Below, in pieces: positions 26,086 to 34,675 of a DNA stretch of 38,152 nucleotides (within the stretch, counting starts at the first letter, position 1; each line of letters begins with the position of its first letter). The notes under the pieces are model-generated. The model was not told the origin of the DNA, did not search any database, and was given only the letters and a program-made list of their open reading frames with translations. Position numbers and translations under genes: made by a program. This stretch comes from Candidatus Uhrbacteria bacterium (GTDB lineage Bacteria; Patescibacteriota; Patescibacteriia; 2-12-FULL-60-25): NCBI GenBank assembly GCA_014728435.1, contig WJLP01000096.1, positions 1 to 38,152 of the forward strand. Direction: 5' to 3'.

Positions 26086-27168
26086 ATGGCGGATATTTCT
26101 TTCCTTCCTGAAAATTTACGACAAAAGGAAGAGGAAATGAAGAAACAAGGTTCCCAAACCGCTTCATCCGAAGTGGTTAGTATGCATGTGCCCGAAACCG
26201 AAGAAGAAGATGTTGAAATTATCGAAGTGGATGCCAGCGAGGTGGATCAAATGCTTATCGGCGAGCCGCTTTACACCAGGCTTTATTACAAAGCCAGTCT
26301 TTTGTTTGAAACTTTGAAAGAAAAGTATTTTGCTCCTCGCCCTGAAGAAAGGCCCGCCAAAGCGCCTCCGCAATTTTTTAAGCCGCCCAAAGCCAAAGAA
26401 GCTCCCGCCAAGCCCGGCGAGGCACCCAAGCCCGAACCGGCGAAAGCTCCCGCCAAAGCCGAAGCCCCCGCCAAGGAAGAAAAGCCAACCGGCAAACCCA
26501 AAGCCCGCATACGCCCCGAGGCCGCCAAGCCGCGCACGGGCCGCAGGGTTCGTATCATCAAACGCGTTCGCAAACCGGTGCATGTCAGTCTTTTAGACGA
26601 GCAAACCATGCGCGATTTGCACATCAATATACCCAAGCGCAAATTCACCCTGGTCTTTTTAACAATATTCTTCGCGGTGGTATTCGCGGGCGCGTTTTTA
26701 CTGCTCGATCAAGCCATCGCTCAGGCCGCGGCGGAGAGCAATGCAGTACAACGGGAACTCGCCCAAGTTCGTTCCGATGTAAAATCCGAACAAGATAAAT
26801 GGCGCGCATTCCAAGATCTCGAACCCAGGCTTTTGGTGTTAAATGACTTACTCGACTCCCATGTATCAGCCAATAATGTGCTGGATTTTCTGGAACAAAA
26901 CACTCTTGTGGATGTTTCCTACAGCTCATTTATGATGAGTGAGGACGGTAGAGTAAATTTGGGAGTCACGGCCTCAAGCTATGCGGCGGCGGCTCGCCAG
27001 CTTCTAATCTTCGAAGAATCTCCGCAAATCGCCTCCGCGCAAAGTAATTCTTTTACCGCGGCCGAATTGGAGGGTGATGAATATGTAACTTTTCAACTAA
27101 TTCTTGAACTCGAGCCCGAGGCTCTCTTATTCAAATCAGCCACAAGCACTCCGTCGTTAACAGATTAA
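26086..27168 (+). CDS. PilN-like bitopic protein with a long acidic and Pro/Ala/Lys-rich cytoplasmic linker
   Basis: N-terminal ISFLPENLRQKE resembles the PilN INLLP motif. There is one TM segment (aa 187-207) and a coiled-coil periplasmic part. Position directly after pilM. Confidence 0.65.
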   Translation: MADISFLPENLRQKEEEMKKQGSQTASSEVVSMHVPETEEEDVEIIEVDASEVDQMLIGEPLYTRLYYKASLLFETLKEKYFAPRPEERPAKAPPQFFKPPKAKEAPAKPGEAPKPEPAKAPAKAEAPAKEEKPTGKPKARIRPEAAKPRTGRRVRIIKRVRKPVHVSLLDEQTMRDLHINIPKRKFTLVFLTIFFAVVFAGAFLLLDQAIAQAAAESNAVQRELAQVRSDVKSEQDKWRAFQDLEPRLLVLNDLLDSHVSANNVLDFLEQNTLVDVSYSSFMMSEDGRVNLGVTASSYAAAARQLLIFEESPQIASAQSNSFTAAELEGDEYVTFQLILELEPEALLFKSATSTPSLTD

Positions 27169-27223
27169 GATTCTTGTTTGCTCGGCTGAATTATTCGGCC
27201 CGGCAAAGTGATAATCTTAAATC

Positions 27224-27847
27224 ATGGTCAGAATTTCCCAAAAACCGGGCGAGAAACAAAAAAAAGCAGCGCCCGAGATAAAGAAACCATCCAGAGTATT
27301 CACCGAATATTATTCTTCGATTATTCTGATTTTAATCACGATCCTTATCGGAGCCGGATACTTTGTTATCAAACCCAAAATCGACGAATACAAAGATCTG
27401 CGCGCGCATTCCGAATCCTTACGCCAAAATATCAAAAACGAACAAACTTATTTGGCCGGATTAAGACGCTCTGTAAATGCCGCTCAATCAATTGCGCCGG
27501 GAGTATTGGAGAAAGTCGACCAAGCTCTGCCCAGGTCATTTAGCATACCCAAAACAATCGTACTCATTAACAGCGCCGCCACAGCTTCCAACGTATCCGT
27601 CTCCAGTATAGTATTCAGCCCGGAAACCGAGTCCAGAGCAAAGAAAACCTCTTTGCAAAGCGTGCAAATGACACTAAATGTTAGCGCTCCGGATTACGCG
27701 GCGCTGAAAAACTTTTTAAACACTTTAGAGGCCAGTTTGCGCTTAATCGATATTCAAATGCTTACCGTATCCGACTTTTCCGAAGGCCAAGCCAGCTTTT
27801 CATTACAGTTGAGGACATATTATTACCCCAAAGATGAAACCAAATGA
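27224..27847 (+). CDS. PilO-like bitopic pilus assembly protein
   Basis: A single TM segment (IILILITILIGAGYFVI) followed by a coiled coil and a roughly 100-aa domain. Gene order is pilM-N-O. Confidence 0.6.
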   Translation: MVRISQKPGEKQKKAAPEIKKPSRVFTEYYSSIILILITILIGAGYFVIKPKIDEYKDLRAHSESLRQNIKNEQTYLAGLRRSVNAAQSIAPGVLEKVDQALPRSFSIPKTIVLINSAATASNVSVSSIVFSPETESRAKKTSLQSVQMTLNVSAPDYAALKNFLNTLEASLRLIDIQMLTVSDFSEGQASFSLQLRTYYYPKDETK

Positions 27848-28212
27848 TTATGAAGATAAACGGAGCGCCGCCAATTTTTTCCCGCATCCTATTTGCCGTA
27901 TCAGCACTGGTAATGGTTGGTGTTGTATTTATTTTTGTTTCTCGCGCCTTGGAGCCGGCGAATATTATTCCCGTCGCACCTCCCAAAAAGGCCGAAAAAT
28001 TTAACCCTAAAGCCGATGTATCCAATAATCCGTCTTTCGACCAACTGCAAGAAGATCATATTAAAGATGTTCCGGACATGCCCATGGGCAGGGAAAATCC
28101 TTTTCAATCCATTGTAACTCCGGCCGCCACGACCACCAACAGCCAACGATCTGTCCCGCGCAGCGGGCTAAGATTGGCACCCGTAGCAACCAATACCGAA
28201 CAAGGCGGCTAA
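27844..28212 (+). CDS. Small bitopic protein of the pilus operon; possible PilP analogue
   Basis: ATGA overlap with the preceding gene, one TM segment, and GRENPFQS, which resembles the R-D/N-P-F motif of PilP-type proteins. Confidence 0.5.
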   Translation: MIMKINGAPPIFSRILFAVSALVMVGVVFIFVSRALEPANIIPVAPPKKAEKFNPKADVSNNPSFDQLQEDHIKDVPDMPMGRENPFQSIVTPAATTTNSQRSVPRSGLRLAPVATNTEQGG

Positions 28213-28272
28213 ACATAAAGCGCCAAGTTATGCGTCCTTGTGCGCAGTGCTTGTACGCTGTACGATTAACTT

Positions 28273-30099
28273 ATGAACCAACAAATACTCGATTTACTGC
28301 AAAAGCAAGGGGCGATAGACGATAAATCACGTGGCATCGCCGAGGATTTGGTTAGCCGCGGCAAAACTTTGGAACAAGCTTTGGTAGGGGGCAAATACGT
28401 CTCTGATACGGATTTTGCCAAAGCGCAAGCCCAAGTATATGGAGTGCCATACATGGATCTCTCCGAGATGGAGCCCAACCCCGAGGTTTTGGAGCTGATC
28501 CCCAAAAAGACTTTAAAAACATACAAAGCGGTTCCCGTTGAGTACACGGACGGCGTGCTGACCGTGGTTTTGCGCAACCCTCAAGATTACCGCGCTGTTG
28601 AGGCATTGGAATTCTTGGCCGGCGAACGCGAGTGGAAAATCAAAGTTGCCACCGCGCCCGCGTCGCAAATAAACAAAATGGTCAAATCGCTAAGCGGCTT
28701 GGAAGCTGAAATTGAAACCTCGCTCGAAGCCGCGCGCGGTAAATTCGAAAAAGAAAAAGAAGAAGAAATAACGGGTGATGGTAAAATCGAAGACATTATC
28801 AAAGGCGCCCCTGTTTCGCGCATGCTATCGGTTATTATGCGCCATGCCGTTGAGGGCGGGGCATCCGACATCCACATCGAACCCGTTGGCAATGAATCCA
28901 GAATTCGCTACCGCATCGACGGAGTTTTGCGCACATCTCTCACTCTGCCTGTTTACGTGCATCCAGCGCTTGTTTCACGCGTCAAAGTTTTGGCTAATCT
29001 TAAAATCGATGAAACGCGCATACCGCAAGACGGGCGCATTACCCAGGAAATCAACAATAAAAAAATCGACTTCCGCATCAGCACGCTTCCGGTCGTTGAT
29101 CATGAAAAGGTTGTAATGCGTATTTTGGATACAACGGCCGGCGCTCCCACTTTCGAGCAATTGGGTTTCCGTAAGCAATACATTGAGATCATGAAAGAAG
29201 AGCTTAAAAAACCGCACGGCCTTTTTCTTATCACCGGCCCCACCGGTTCCGGTAAATCCACCACTTTATTTTCCGGCTTAAACGTACTAAACTCCGACGG
29301 CGTCAACATCTCCACCTTGGAAGATCCCGTTGAATACTACATCGAAGGCGTGAATCAGTCCCAAGTCCGCCCCGAAATCAACTACACATTCGCCACCGGC
29401 CTAAGGTCACTTCTGCGCCAAGACCCGAACGTCATCATGGTCGGCGAAATCCGCGACCGTGAAACCGCCGAGCTGGCTATCCATGCTTCTCTCACCGGCC
29501 ACCTCATTTTTTCAACTCTGCACACCAATGATGTCTATGGCCTCGTACCCCGTCTGCTCGACATGGGCGTTGAACCTTTTTTGCTTGCGGCCACCATGAA
29601 TATCGGTGTAGCACAGCGTTTGGCTCGTAAAATCTGCCCGCATTGCAAAGAAGAAGAAGAAATTACCGATGAAACGCGCGATGAAATCATGCAGGTGTTA
29701 AAAGGTATTCCCAAAAAATATCTCACCGATATCGATCTCAATAAAAAAATCACTTTCTATCACGGAAAGGGCTGTCCCAAATGCGGAGATATCGGTTATA
29801 GCGGGCGCACCGCGGTTGCCGAGGTCTTCCAGTTCAACGATGCCGCTAAAAAATCAATTGAAAAAGGCTTTAGCCGCAAAGTCTTTAAGGCTGAATTCGA
29901 AAAGCAGGGGATGATAACGCTCTATGAAGATTTGGTGTTAAAAGCGGTTGAAGGAGTAACAACCGTGGAAGAGGTAAAGCGCTTGGCCCAAGAAACTTCC
30001 GAAAGCGAGGATTTGGATGAAAACGGTCAGCCAAAAGAACCGCACGCTCTCGATAAAGCTGAGCCGGCAGAGTCAAATAAAAAGAAAACCGGCCAATAA
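28273..30099 (+). CDS. pilB: Type IV pilus assembly ATPase PilB (GspE family)
   Basis: Walker A GPTGSGKST, the Asp/His boxes (VGEIRD, LTGHLIFSTLHTND), the tetracysteine CPHC...CPKC, and an N-terminal GspII_E_N-like domain. Confidence 0.93.
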   Translation: MNQQILDLLQKQGAIDDKSRGIAEDLVSRGKTLEQALVGGKYVSDTDFAKAQAQVYGVPYMDLSEMEPNPEVLELIPKKTLKTYKAVPVEYTDGVLTVVLRNPQDYRAVEALEFLAGEREWKIKVATAPASQINKMVKSLSGLEAEIETSLEAARGKFEKEKEEEITGDGKIEDIIKGAPVSRMLSVIMRHAVEGGASDIHIEPVGNESRIRYRIDGVLRTSLTLPVYVHPALVSRVKVLANLKIDETRIPQDGRITQEINNKKIDFRISTLPVVDHEKVVMRILDTTAGAPTFEQLGFRKQYIEIMKEELKKPHGLFLITGPTGSGKSTTLFSGLNVLNSDGVNISTLEDPVEYYIEGVNQSQVRPEINYTFATGLRSLLRQDPNVIMVGEIRDRETAELAIHASLTGHLIFSTLHTNDVYGLVPRLLDMGVEPFLLAATMNIGVAQRLARKICPHCKEEEEITDETRDEIMQVLKGIPKKYLTDIDLNKKITFYHGKGCPKCGDIGYSGRTAVAEVFQFNDAAKKSIEKGFSRKVFKAEFEKQGMITLYEDLVLKAVEGVTTVEEVKRLAQETSESEDLDENGQPKEPHALDKAEPAESNKKKTGQ

Positions 30100-30123
30100 T
30101 CGCTGGAGTATCATTAAAACATT

Positions 30124-30495
30124 ATGGAAAAGGTTAAAATAGTTTTTATCGAAGATGACGCGTTTTTGGCGCAAATTTATACCAAAGCTTTGGATCAAGC
30201 GGGGTATGACGTTGCGCTGGCTCAAAACGGCGAGGAGGGCTTAAAACTCATTGAACGCGAACATCCGTCATTAATTCTCCTGGATATCTTATTGCCCCAC
30301 ATGGATGGTTTTGAAGTCCTGGAAACACTGAAATCCAGGCCGGCTTTACAGCCCATACCCGTACTGGTAATAACCAATCTGGGCAATAAAGAGGATGTGG
30401 ACCGCGCCGCAAGCCTGGGTGCCGCCGGCTATCTCATCAAGGCGCACGCTTTGCCCAAAGATGTTGTCGGTAAAATCCAAACCATTCTCGGTTAA
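30124..30495 (+). CDS. Stand-alone response-regulator receiver (CheY/PilH-like)
   Basis: Acidic pocket IEDD, phospho-acceptor D54 (ILLDILLP), T in VITNLG and K in YLIKA. There is no output domain. Confidence 0.9.
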   Translation: MEKVKIVFIEDDAFLAQIYTKALDQAGYDVALAQNGEEGLKLIEREHPSLILLDILLPHMDGFEVLETLKSRPALQPIPVLVITNLGNKEDVDRAASLGAAGYLIKAHALPKDVVGKIQTILG

Positions 30496-30497
30496 TT

Positions 30498-31709
30498 ATG
30501 CCTTCTTTCCGTTATCAAGTACGTTTACCCGACGGCCGGATACAATCCGGTATTGTTGAAGCATCCGACAGCGACAGCGCGGCAGAGGCCTTGGAAGACC
30601 GCCAATACGAAGTTTTATCCATCGACACTTACGCGGGCGTGGAAGCCGGCACAGCTTCCATCATGAAGTATCTAAACACGGTTAAGCCCAAAGAATTGGT
30701 CGCCACCATTCGCATGCTATCGGTTATGGTATCGGCCTCCGTGCCACTTGTGGACGCTGTCCGCAACATAGTCCATCAAACCAAAAATCCTCGCCTCAAA
30801 TCAATCATGGCCGACATTGCCAATGAAATCGAAGGCGGCGCCAAACTTTCCGACGCGCTCGAACGCTATCCCCAAGTTTTTTCCGGCTTTTTTACCAATA
30901 TGATCCGCTCCGGTGAAACCACGGGTCAACTCTCCGAAGTTATGAATTATCTGGCCGACCAGCAGGAAAAAGATTATGACATGAAAGCCAAACTGCGCGG
31001 TGCCCTTATGTACCCGGCCTTCATTATTACGGGCATGTTTATTGCCGGCTTTATCATGATGGTGTATGTGGTTCCCAAACTTACCCAAGTCATCATCGAC
31101 GCCGGTGCCGAATTGCCGTTGTCAACCCGCATTCTAATCGGCACCTCCGACATACTGGTCAACTTCTGGTGGGTTATTCTCATCGGCCTTATCGCTCTTG
31201 GAGGATTTTTCTACGCTTGGGTCAGAACCTCCGAAGGCCGTTATACTTTTGATAAGCTCAAGCTCAAAATACCGATTTTCGGCGGTCTGCTCCGCGATAT
31301 CTATATAGTCCGTTTTTGCCAATCCATGCATACGCTTATGAAAGGCGGGCAAACGCTTGTCCAAGGTCTGGAAGTTGCGGCATCCGTTATCGGCAATGAA
31401 GTCTGGAAGCGTATGATTTTGCAAACCATCCAAGCCGTAAACGATGGTGAATCCATTACATCCGTCATGACCAACCGCAAGTTTGTACCGCAAATGGCCG
31501 TGCAAATGATTTCCGTGGGTGAAGATACGGGTCAGCTTACGGATGTGCTAAAACGCGTCAGCGAATTTTACTCCCGCAGTGTGGATAACGCCTCGGCAAC
31601 CTTACTAACCCTCATCGAACCGATCGTCATGGTCGTGCTCGGTGTTGGCGTGGGGCTTATGGTCTCGGCCATCATGCTCCCTCTCTACCGCATCTCCGGA
31701 GGTATCTAG
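30498..31709 (+). CDS. pilC: Type IV pilus platform protein PilC (GspF family)
   Basis: 403 aa with two GspF repeats (..EGGAKLSDALERYPQVF.. and ..NDGESITSVMTNRKFVP..) and three TM regions. Confidence 0.92.
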   Translation: MPSFRYQVRLPDGRIQSGIVEASDSDSAAEALEDRQYEVLSIDTYAGVEAGTASIMKYLNTVKPKELVATIRMLSVMVSASVPLVDAVRNIVHQTKNPRLKSIMADIANEIEGGAKLSDALERYPQVFSGFFTNMIRSGETTGQLSEVMNYLADQQEKDYDMKAKLRGALMYPAFIITGMFIAGFIMMVYVVPKLTQVIIDAGAELPLSTRILIGTSDILVNFWWVILIGLIALGGFFYAWVRTSEGRYTFDKLKLKIPIFGGLLRDIYIVRFCQSMHTLMKGGQTLVQGLEVAASVIGNEVWKRMILQTIQAVNDGESITSVMTNRKFVPQMAVQMISVGEDTGQLTDVLKRVSEFYSRSVDNASATLLTLIEPIVMVVLGVGVGLMVSAIMLPLYRISGGI

Positions 31710-31710
31710 G

Positions 31711-31775
31711 CAAAAGCAGAACTTTTGTAATAACCAATAACCAATCATCAATCACCAATCATTGGTTTGTGATTT
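31711..31775. repeat. Hairpin caaaag-cagaa-cttttg followed by an aataaccaat/attggt k-mer inverted repeat; probable terminator region after pilC
   Basis: Read directly. Same k-mer family as at 2749 and 22861. Confidence 0.4.
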
Positions 31776-31890
31776 TGAACATGAAGCTTAAAATTGGTCC
31801 GGCATTCTTTATTTAAGAATATGCTAAGCGATACCCGCCGTACGTCTTGATTATTTCGGTAATTAAATTTTGGTAATCGGTTATTAAATG

Positions 31891-31899
31891 TGCTATACT
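31891..31899 (+). promoter_or_regulatory. Extended -10 (TGcTATACT) of the major pilin gene
   Basis: tgctatact, with a weak -35 (tggtaa) 17 nt upstream. This leaves a leader of about 80 nt. Confidence 0.5.
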
Positions 31900-31987
31900 T
31901 ATACACAGCTAATAAATATTTTTTCTTTAACTTTGTATGTTGTAGGTTGTACTTTGTACAATATGCGCGTACATAAAAAATGATCCC

Positions 31988-32503
31988 ATGCTTATGAAAA
32001 ACAAGAAAGGTTTTACTCTAATCGAACTCTTGGTGGTTATTGCCATCATCGGCATCTTGGCCACGCTTGCTGTCGTCGCTTTTGGTAGCGCGCAAGAAAA
32101 AGCCCGCGACTCCAAACGCGTCGCCGACATGCGCGCCGTTGTTGCCGCCTTCGCCGCGGCAGAAACCGAAGGTAATTATATTTGTAATAGCTCATGTAAT
32201 TCTACTTTTACAGCGAATACCGACGTAGCAATCAGTGATGTAAAAATCTGTGACAATGACTGTGTAACGGGTGGTAACGATGTGACTAATAATTTCATTA
32301 ATTTGAGCCAAGTATTAGACCCGGAATACGGAGGTAGTGGTACTTTATGTGACGGTACTAATACGAATTGCGATTACGCAATAGACGCTTCACCCGCTGT
32401 TCCGACGATCGAAGATTTCGAGCTATATTTCTTCACCGAAGGCGAAGTACAGGGTCTGGGAGCCGGTGCGCACACAGCCGTCCAAACCGGTATTATCCAA
32501 TAG
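31988..32503 (+). CDS. Type IV pilin, probable major subunit
   Basis: Class III signal KKG|[17 protein letters not shown] with Glu at +5. The variable, Cys-containing C-terminal domain is AT-richer. A strong terminator follows. Confidence 0.88.
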   Translation: MLMKNKKGFTLIELLVVIAIIGILATLAVVAFGSAQEKARDSKRVADMRAVVAAFAAAETEGNYICNSSCNSTFTANTDVAISDVKICDNDCVTGGNDVTNNFINLSQVLDPEYGGSGTLCDGTNTNCDYAIDASPAVPTIEDFELYFFTEGEVQGLGAGAHTAVQTGIIQ

Positions 32504-32519
32504 ATTTGACAAAACAACT

Positions 32520-32558
32520 AAAATCCCCGATCGAGCTCAGCTCGACTGGGGATTTTTT
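32520..32558 (+). terminator. Intrinsic terminator after the pilin gene
   Basis: aaaatcccc...cgagct-c-agctcg...ggggatttttt. Confidence 0.8.
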
Positions 32559-32638
32559 GTATCTACTCCACCGGACTCGCTATCGCTCATCGTCCCCCTC
32601 ATAAATCAAGAGGAGGAATAGAAGGAGGAGTTATTACA

Positions 32639-32647
32639 TGTTATAAT
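32639..32647 (+). promoter_or_regulatory. Extended -10 (TGtTATAAT) 8 nt upstream of ATG 32656
   Basis: tgttataat followed by atctctat and then ATG. It overlaps a 2-codon mini-ORF (32638-32646) that follows GGAGGAG. Confidence 0.45.
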
Positions 32648-32655
32648 ATCTCTAT

Positions 32656-33123
32656 ATGATCAATCGTCAAAAATTGTTAAAAGGAATAACAATTCCCGAA
32701 CTTTTAATCGGAGTATTGGTTATCGGAATAGTAATCGCTATTTTTGTCTATGCCCTGGGTGTTCAGCGCGCCATGTCCCGCGATGCCAAGCGCGTATCCG
32801 ATATCAGCGTACTGCGCGCGGCCATCGGCCAGTACTACCTGCAAAAAGCCACTTATCCAACAACAGACGGTATTTTCCTCGGCCAGCCCGGCGGTGCCGA
32901 ACGTCTGGGCGGTAACGGCTTTACCACGGCAGACGACCCAACCAAGCCCATCTTTTTAGACCAAATTCCCACAGGTCCAACCGGAGATGAATACTATGCC
33001 TACCGCGGCAATCAATCCGGATACAGCCTCATGTTCAGCACTGAACGAGAAACCGCCTACGGGCCGCCCGGTACTTATTACGCGCACTCAATCGGAGTCG
33101 ATCAACTGGATGAGATAAAATAA
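32656..33123 (+). CDS. Second type IV pilin-like protein
   Basis: LKG|ITIPELLIGVLVIGIVIAI with Glu at +5 and Ile instead of Phe at +1. The ARDxKRxxD-type helix continuation (MSRDAKRVSDISVLRAAI) parallels the major pilin. Confidence 0.8.
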   Translation: MINRQKLLKGITIPELLIGVLVIGIVIAIFVYALGVQRAMSRDAKRVSDISVLRAAIGQYYLQKATYPTTDGIFLGQPGGAERLGGNGFTTADDPTKPIFLDQIPTGPTGDEYYAYRGNQSGYSLMFSTERETAYGPPGTYYAHSIGVDQLDEIK

Positions 33124-33249
33124 GAACAAAATGCAAAATGCATAATTCAAAATGCAAAATGACGGAATCTCTTCGAGATGATATTTATATATTTAATACC
33201 GTAAGGTATCGTAGATTTTGATTTTTGGTTTTTGAATTTTGAATTAATT
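33124..33249. repeat. Low-complexity inverted repeat of aaatgcaaaat/attttgaatttt k-mers flanking two small hairpins
   Basis: aattcaaaatgcaaaa on the left and ttttgaattttgaatt on the right, with atctc-ttc-gagat and tacc-gta-aggta in the centre. Confidence 0.45.
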
Positions 33250-34047
33250 ATGCAGTTTTTCGAAATTTTTTCAATCTTAATATCCGCGGCCGTCGTTGGC
33301 TCATTTTTTGGCTCTTTTATCAACGTGGTCGCCATCCGTACGCATGAAAATTCCGGCATTACCGGCCGTTCCAAATGCCCTAATTGCAAATCCAAACTCC
33401 ATCCGCGCCATCTGGTGCCTGTTCTGTCTTGGCTGATCCAACGTGGCAAATGCGCCATGTGCGGCAAACCTATCCATATCCAGTATCCGGTCATCGAGCT
33501 TACAGCCGCAATTCTCGCAGTTGTTGCCGTAACTCGTCACCTTCCCGACGGAGAATGGCTCTGGGCGGGTTTTGAGTTCTTCTTCATGGTCGGACTGCTT
33601 GTCTTTGTTGTTATGGATCTGCGCTGGATGGAACTGCCGCTGGAACTCATGGTCGGCACGGGCATAGTATTTTCGCTTTGGCACATGGTTTTGCAAAGCT
33701 CAACCGGCATGCCCTCTTTGCAGGTGCTTTGGTCGCATGCTGTTGGATTTGCCTTGGCGACCATGTTTTTCTTGTTTCAATACATTGTTTCGGCCAAGCG
33801 CTGGGTGGGAGCCGGCGACATCTGGCTCGCGGCCGTATTGGGCGCGGTCTTGGGCTGGCCTCTTGTGGGTATTGCTGTTTATTTTGCCTACATTTTTGGC
33901 GGCAGTGCCGCGCTAATCCTGCTTTTTACCCGTAAAATCAAAGCCGGCGCCCGCATACCCTTTGCGCCCGCGTTAATAACCGGCGCTTTTGCCGCAATCT
34001 GGTGGGGGCCCAGCGTCCTTGCCTGGATATCTCATGCAGTCTCGTAA
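33250..34047 (+). CDS. pilD: Prepilin peptidase (A24 family)
   Basis: N-terminal Zn-type CPNC...CAMC, polytopic, and the catalytic-Asp context GAGDIWL. Start at ATG 33250. Confidence 0.9.
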   Translation: MQFFEIFSILISAAVVGSFFGSFINVVAIRTHENSGITGRSKCPNCKSKLHPRHLVPVLSWLIQRGKCAMCGKPIHIQYPVIELTAAILAVVAVTRHLPDGEWLWAGFEFFFMVGLLVFVVMDLRWMELPLELMVGTGIVFSLWHMVLQSSTGMPSLQVLWSHAVGFALATMFFLFQYIVSAKRWVGAGDIWLAAVLGAVLGWPLVGIAVYFAYIFGGSAALILLFTRKIKAGARIPFAPALITGAFAAIWWGPSVLAWISHAVS

Positions 34048-34675
34048 ATCATCAGGATTCACAATCATAGAAATGTTGATCGGCGTATCAATCGTTATTT
34101 TGCTTGCCACTGTAACCGTCTTTGAACTTAGAAGCGCCAGGCGCGGCGATGAACTTAGAACTGCCGCCCGCCAGCTCGTGGGCGACATCCGTGCCATGCA
34201 ATCACGGGCGCTTGCCGCAAAAAATCTTAAAACTTGCGATACGGGAGGCCCTGATAAGGCCGTCTGTGAAATCGATGAATCGGCGTGCGGCGGCAACCCT
34301 TGCGAGGATGATATCCCGGCCGCCTACGGGGTGCGCTTGGAGTCCGGCACTTCCACTTATGTCATGTTTGCGGACATAAACCCGTCGGCCGCCGTGGATT
34401 ACCGCTACACCGATGCGGCCGAACTCTTTGAGTCGCGCAGTATCTTGCCGCTCGGCTCAACCGATGTAGTGCTCGATCAAATCATTTCCGGCACCTCCAC
34501 GAGCGTCACATTTGCAGACATTTCTTTCATGCGCCAAAATGGAGTTGTTAGAATGTACGACACCACAGTCCCTCCCGAACCCACGCTTATGAGATTCCGC
34601 CTTAGGCACACGGTTTCCAATCAGACTATGGAAATAGAGGTCAACCGCATAACCGGCCGAGTATCCATCTTATGA
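34034..34675 (+). CDS. Minor pilin, GspH/FimT-like
   Basis: SSG|FTIIEMLIGVSIVILLA with Glu at +5, followed by RSARRGDELRTAARQLVGDIRAMQSRAL, typical of the GspH/FimT helix. Overlaps pilD by 14 nt. Confidence 0.72.
   Translation: MQSRKSSGFTIIEMLIGVSIVILLATVTVFELRSARRGDELRTAARQLVGDIRAMQSRALAAKNLKTCDTGGPDKAVCEIDESACGGNPCEDDIPAAYGVRLESGTSTYVMFADINPSAAVDYRYTDAAELFESRSILPLGSTDVVLDQIISGTSTSVTFADISFMRQNGVVRMYDTTVPPEPTLMRFRLRHTVSNQTMEIEVNRITGRVSIL

Noticed and set aside
26164-26648. Antisense and alternative-frame ORFs over the PAK-rich part of the PilN-like gene (26164-26583, 26286-26648, 26330-26596).
   Set aside because: The low-complexity GC-rich repeat keeps all frames open. Only the annotated frame links the N-terminal motif, the TM helix and the C-terminal domain.
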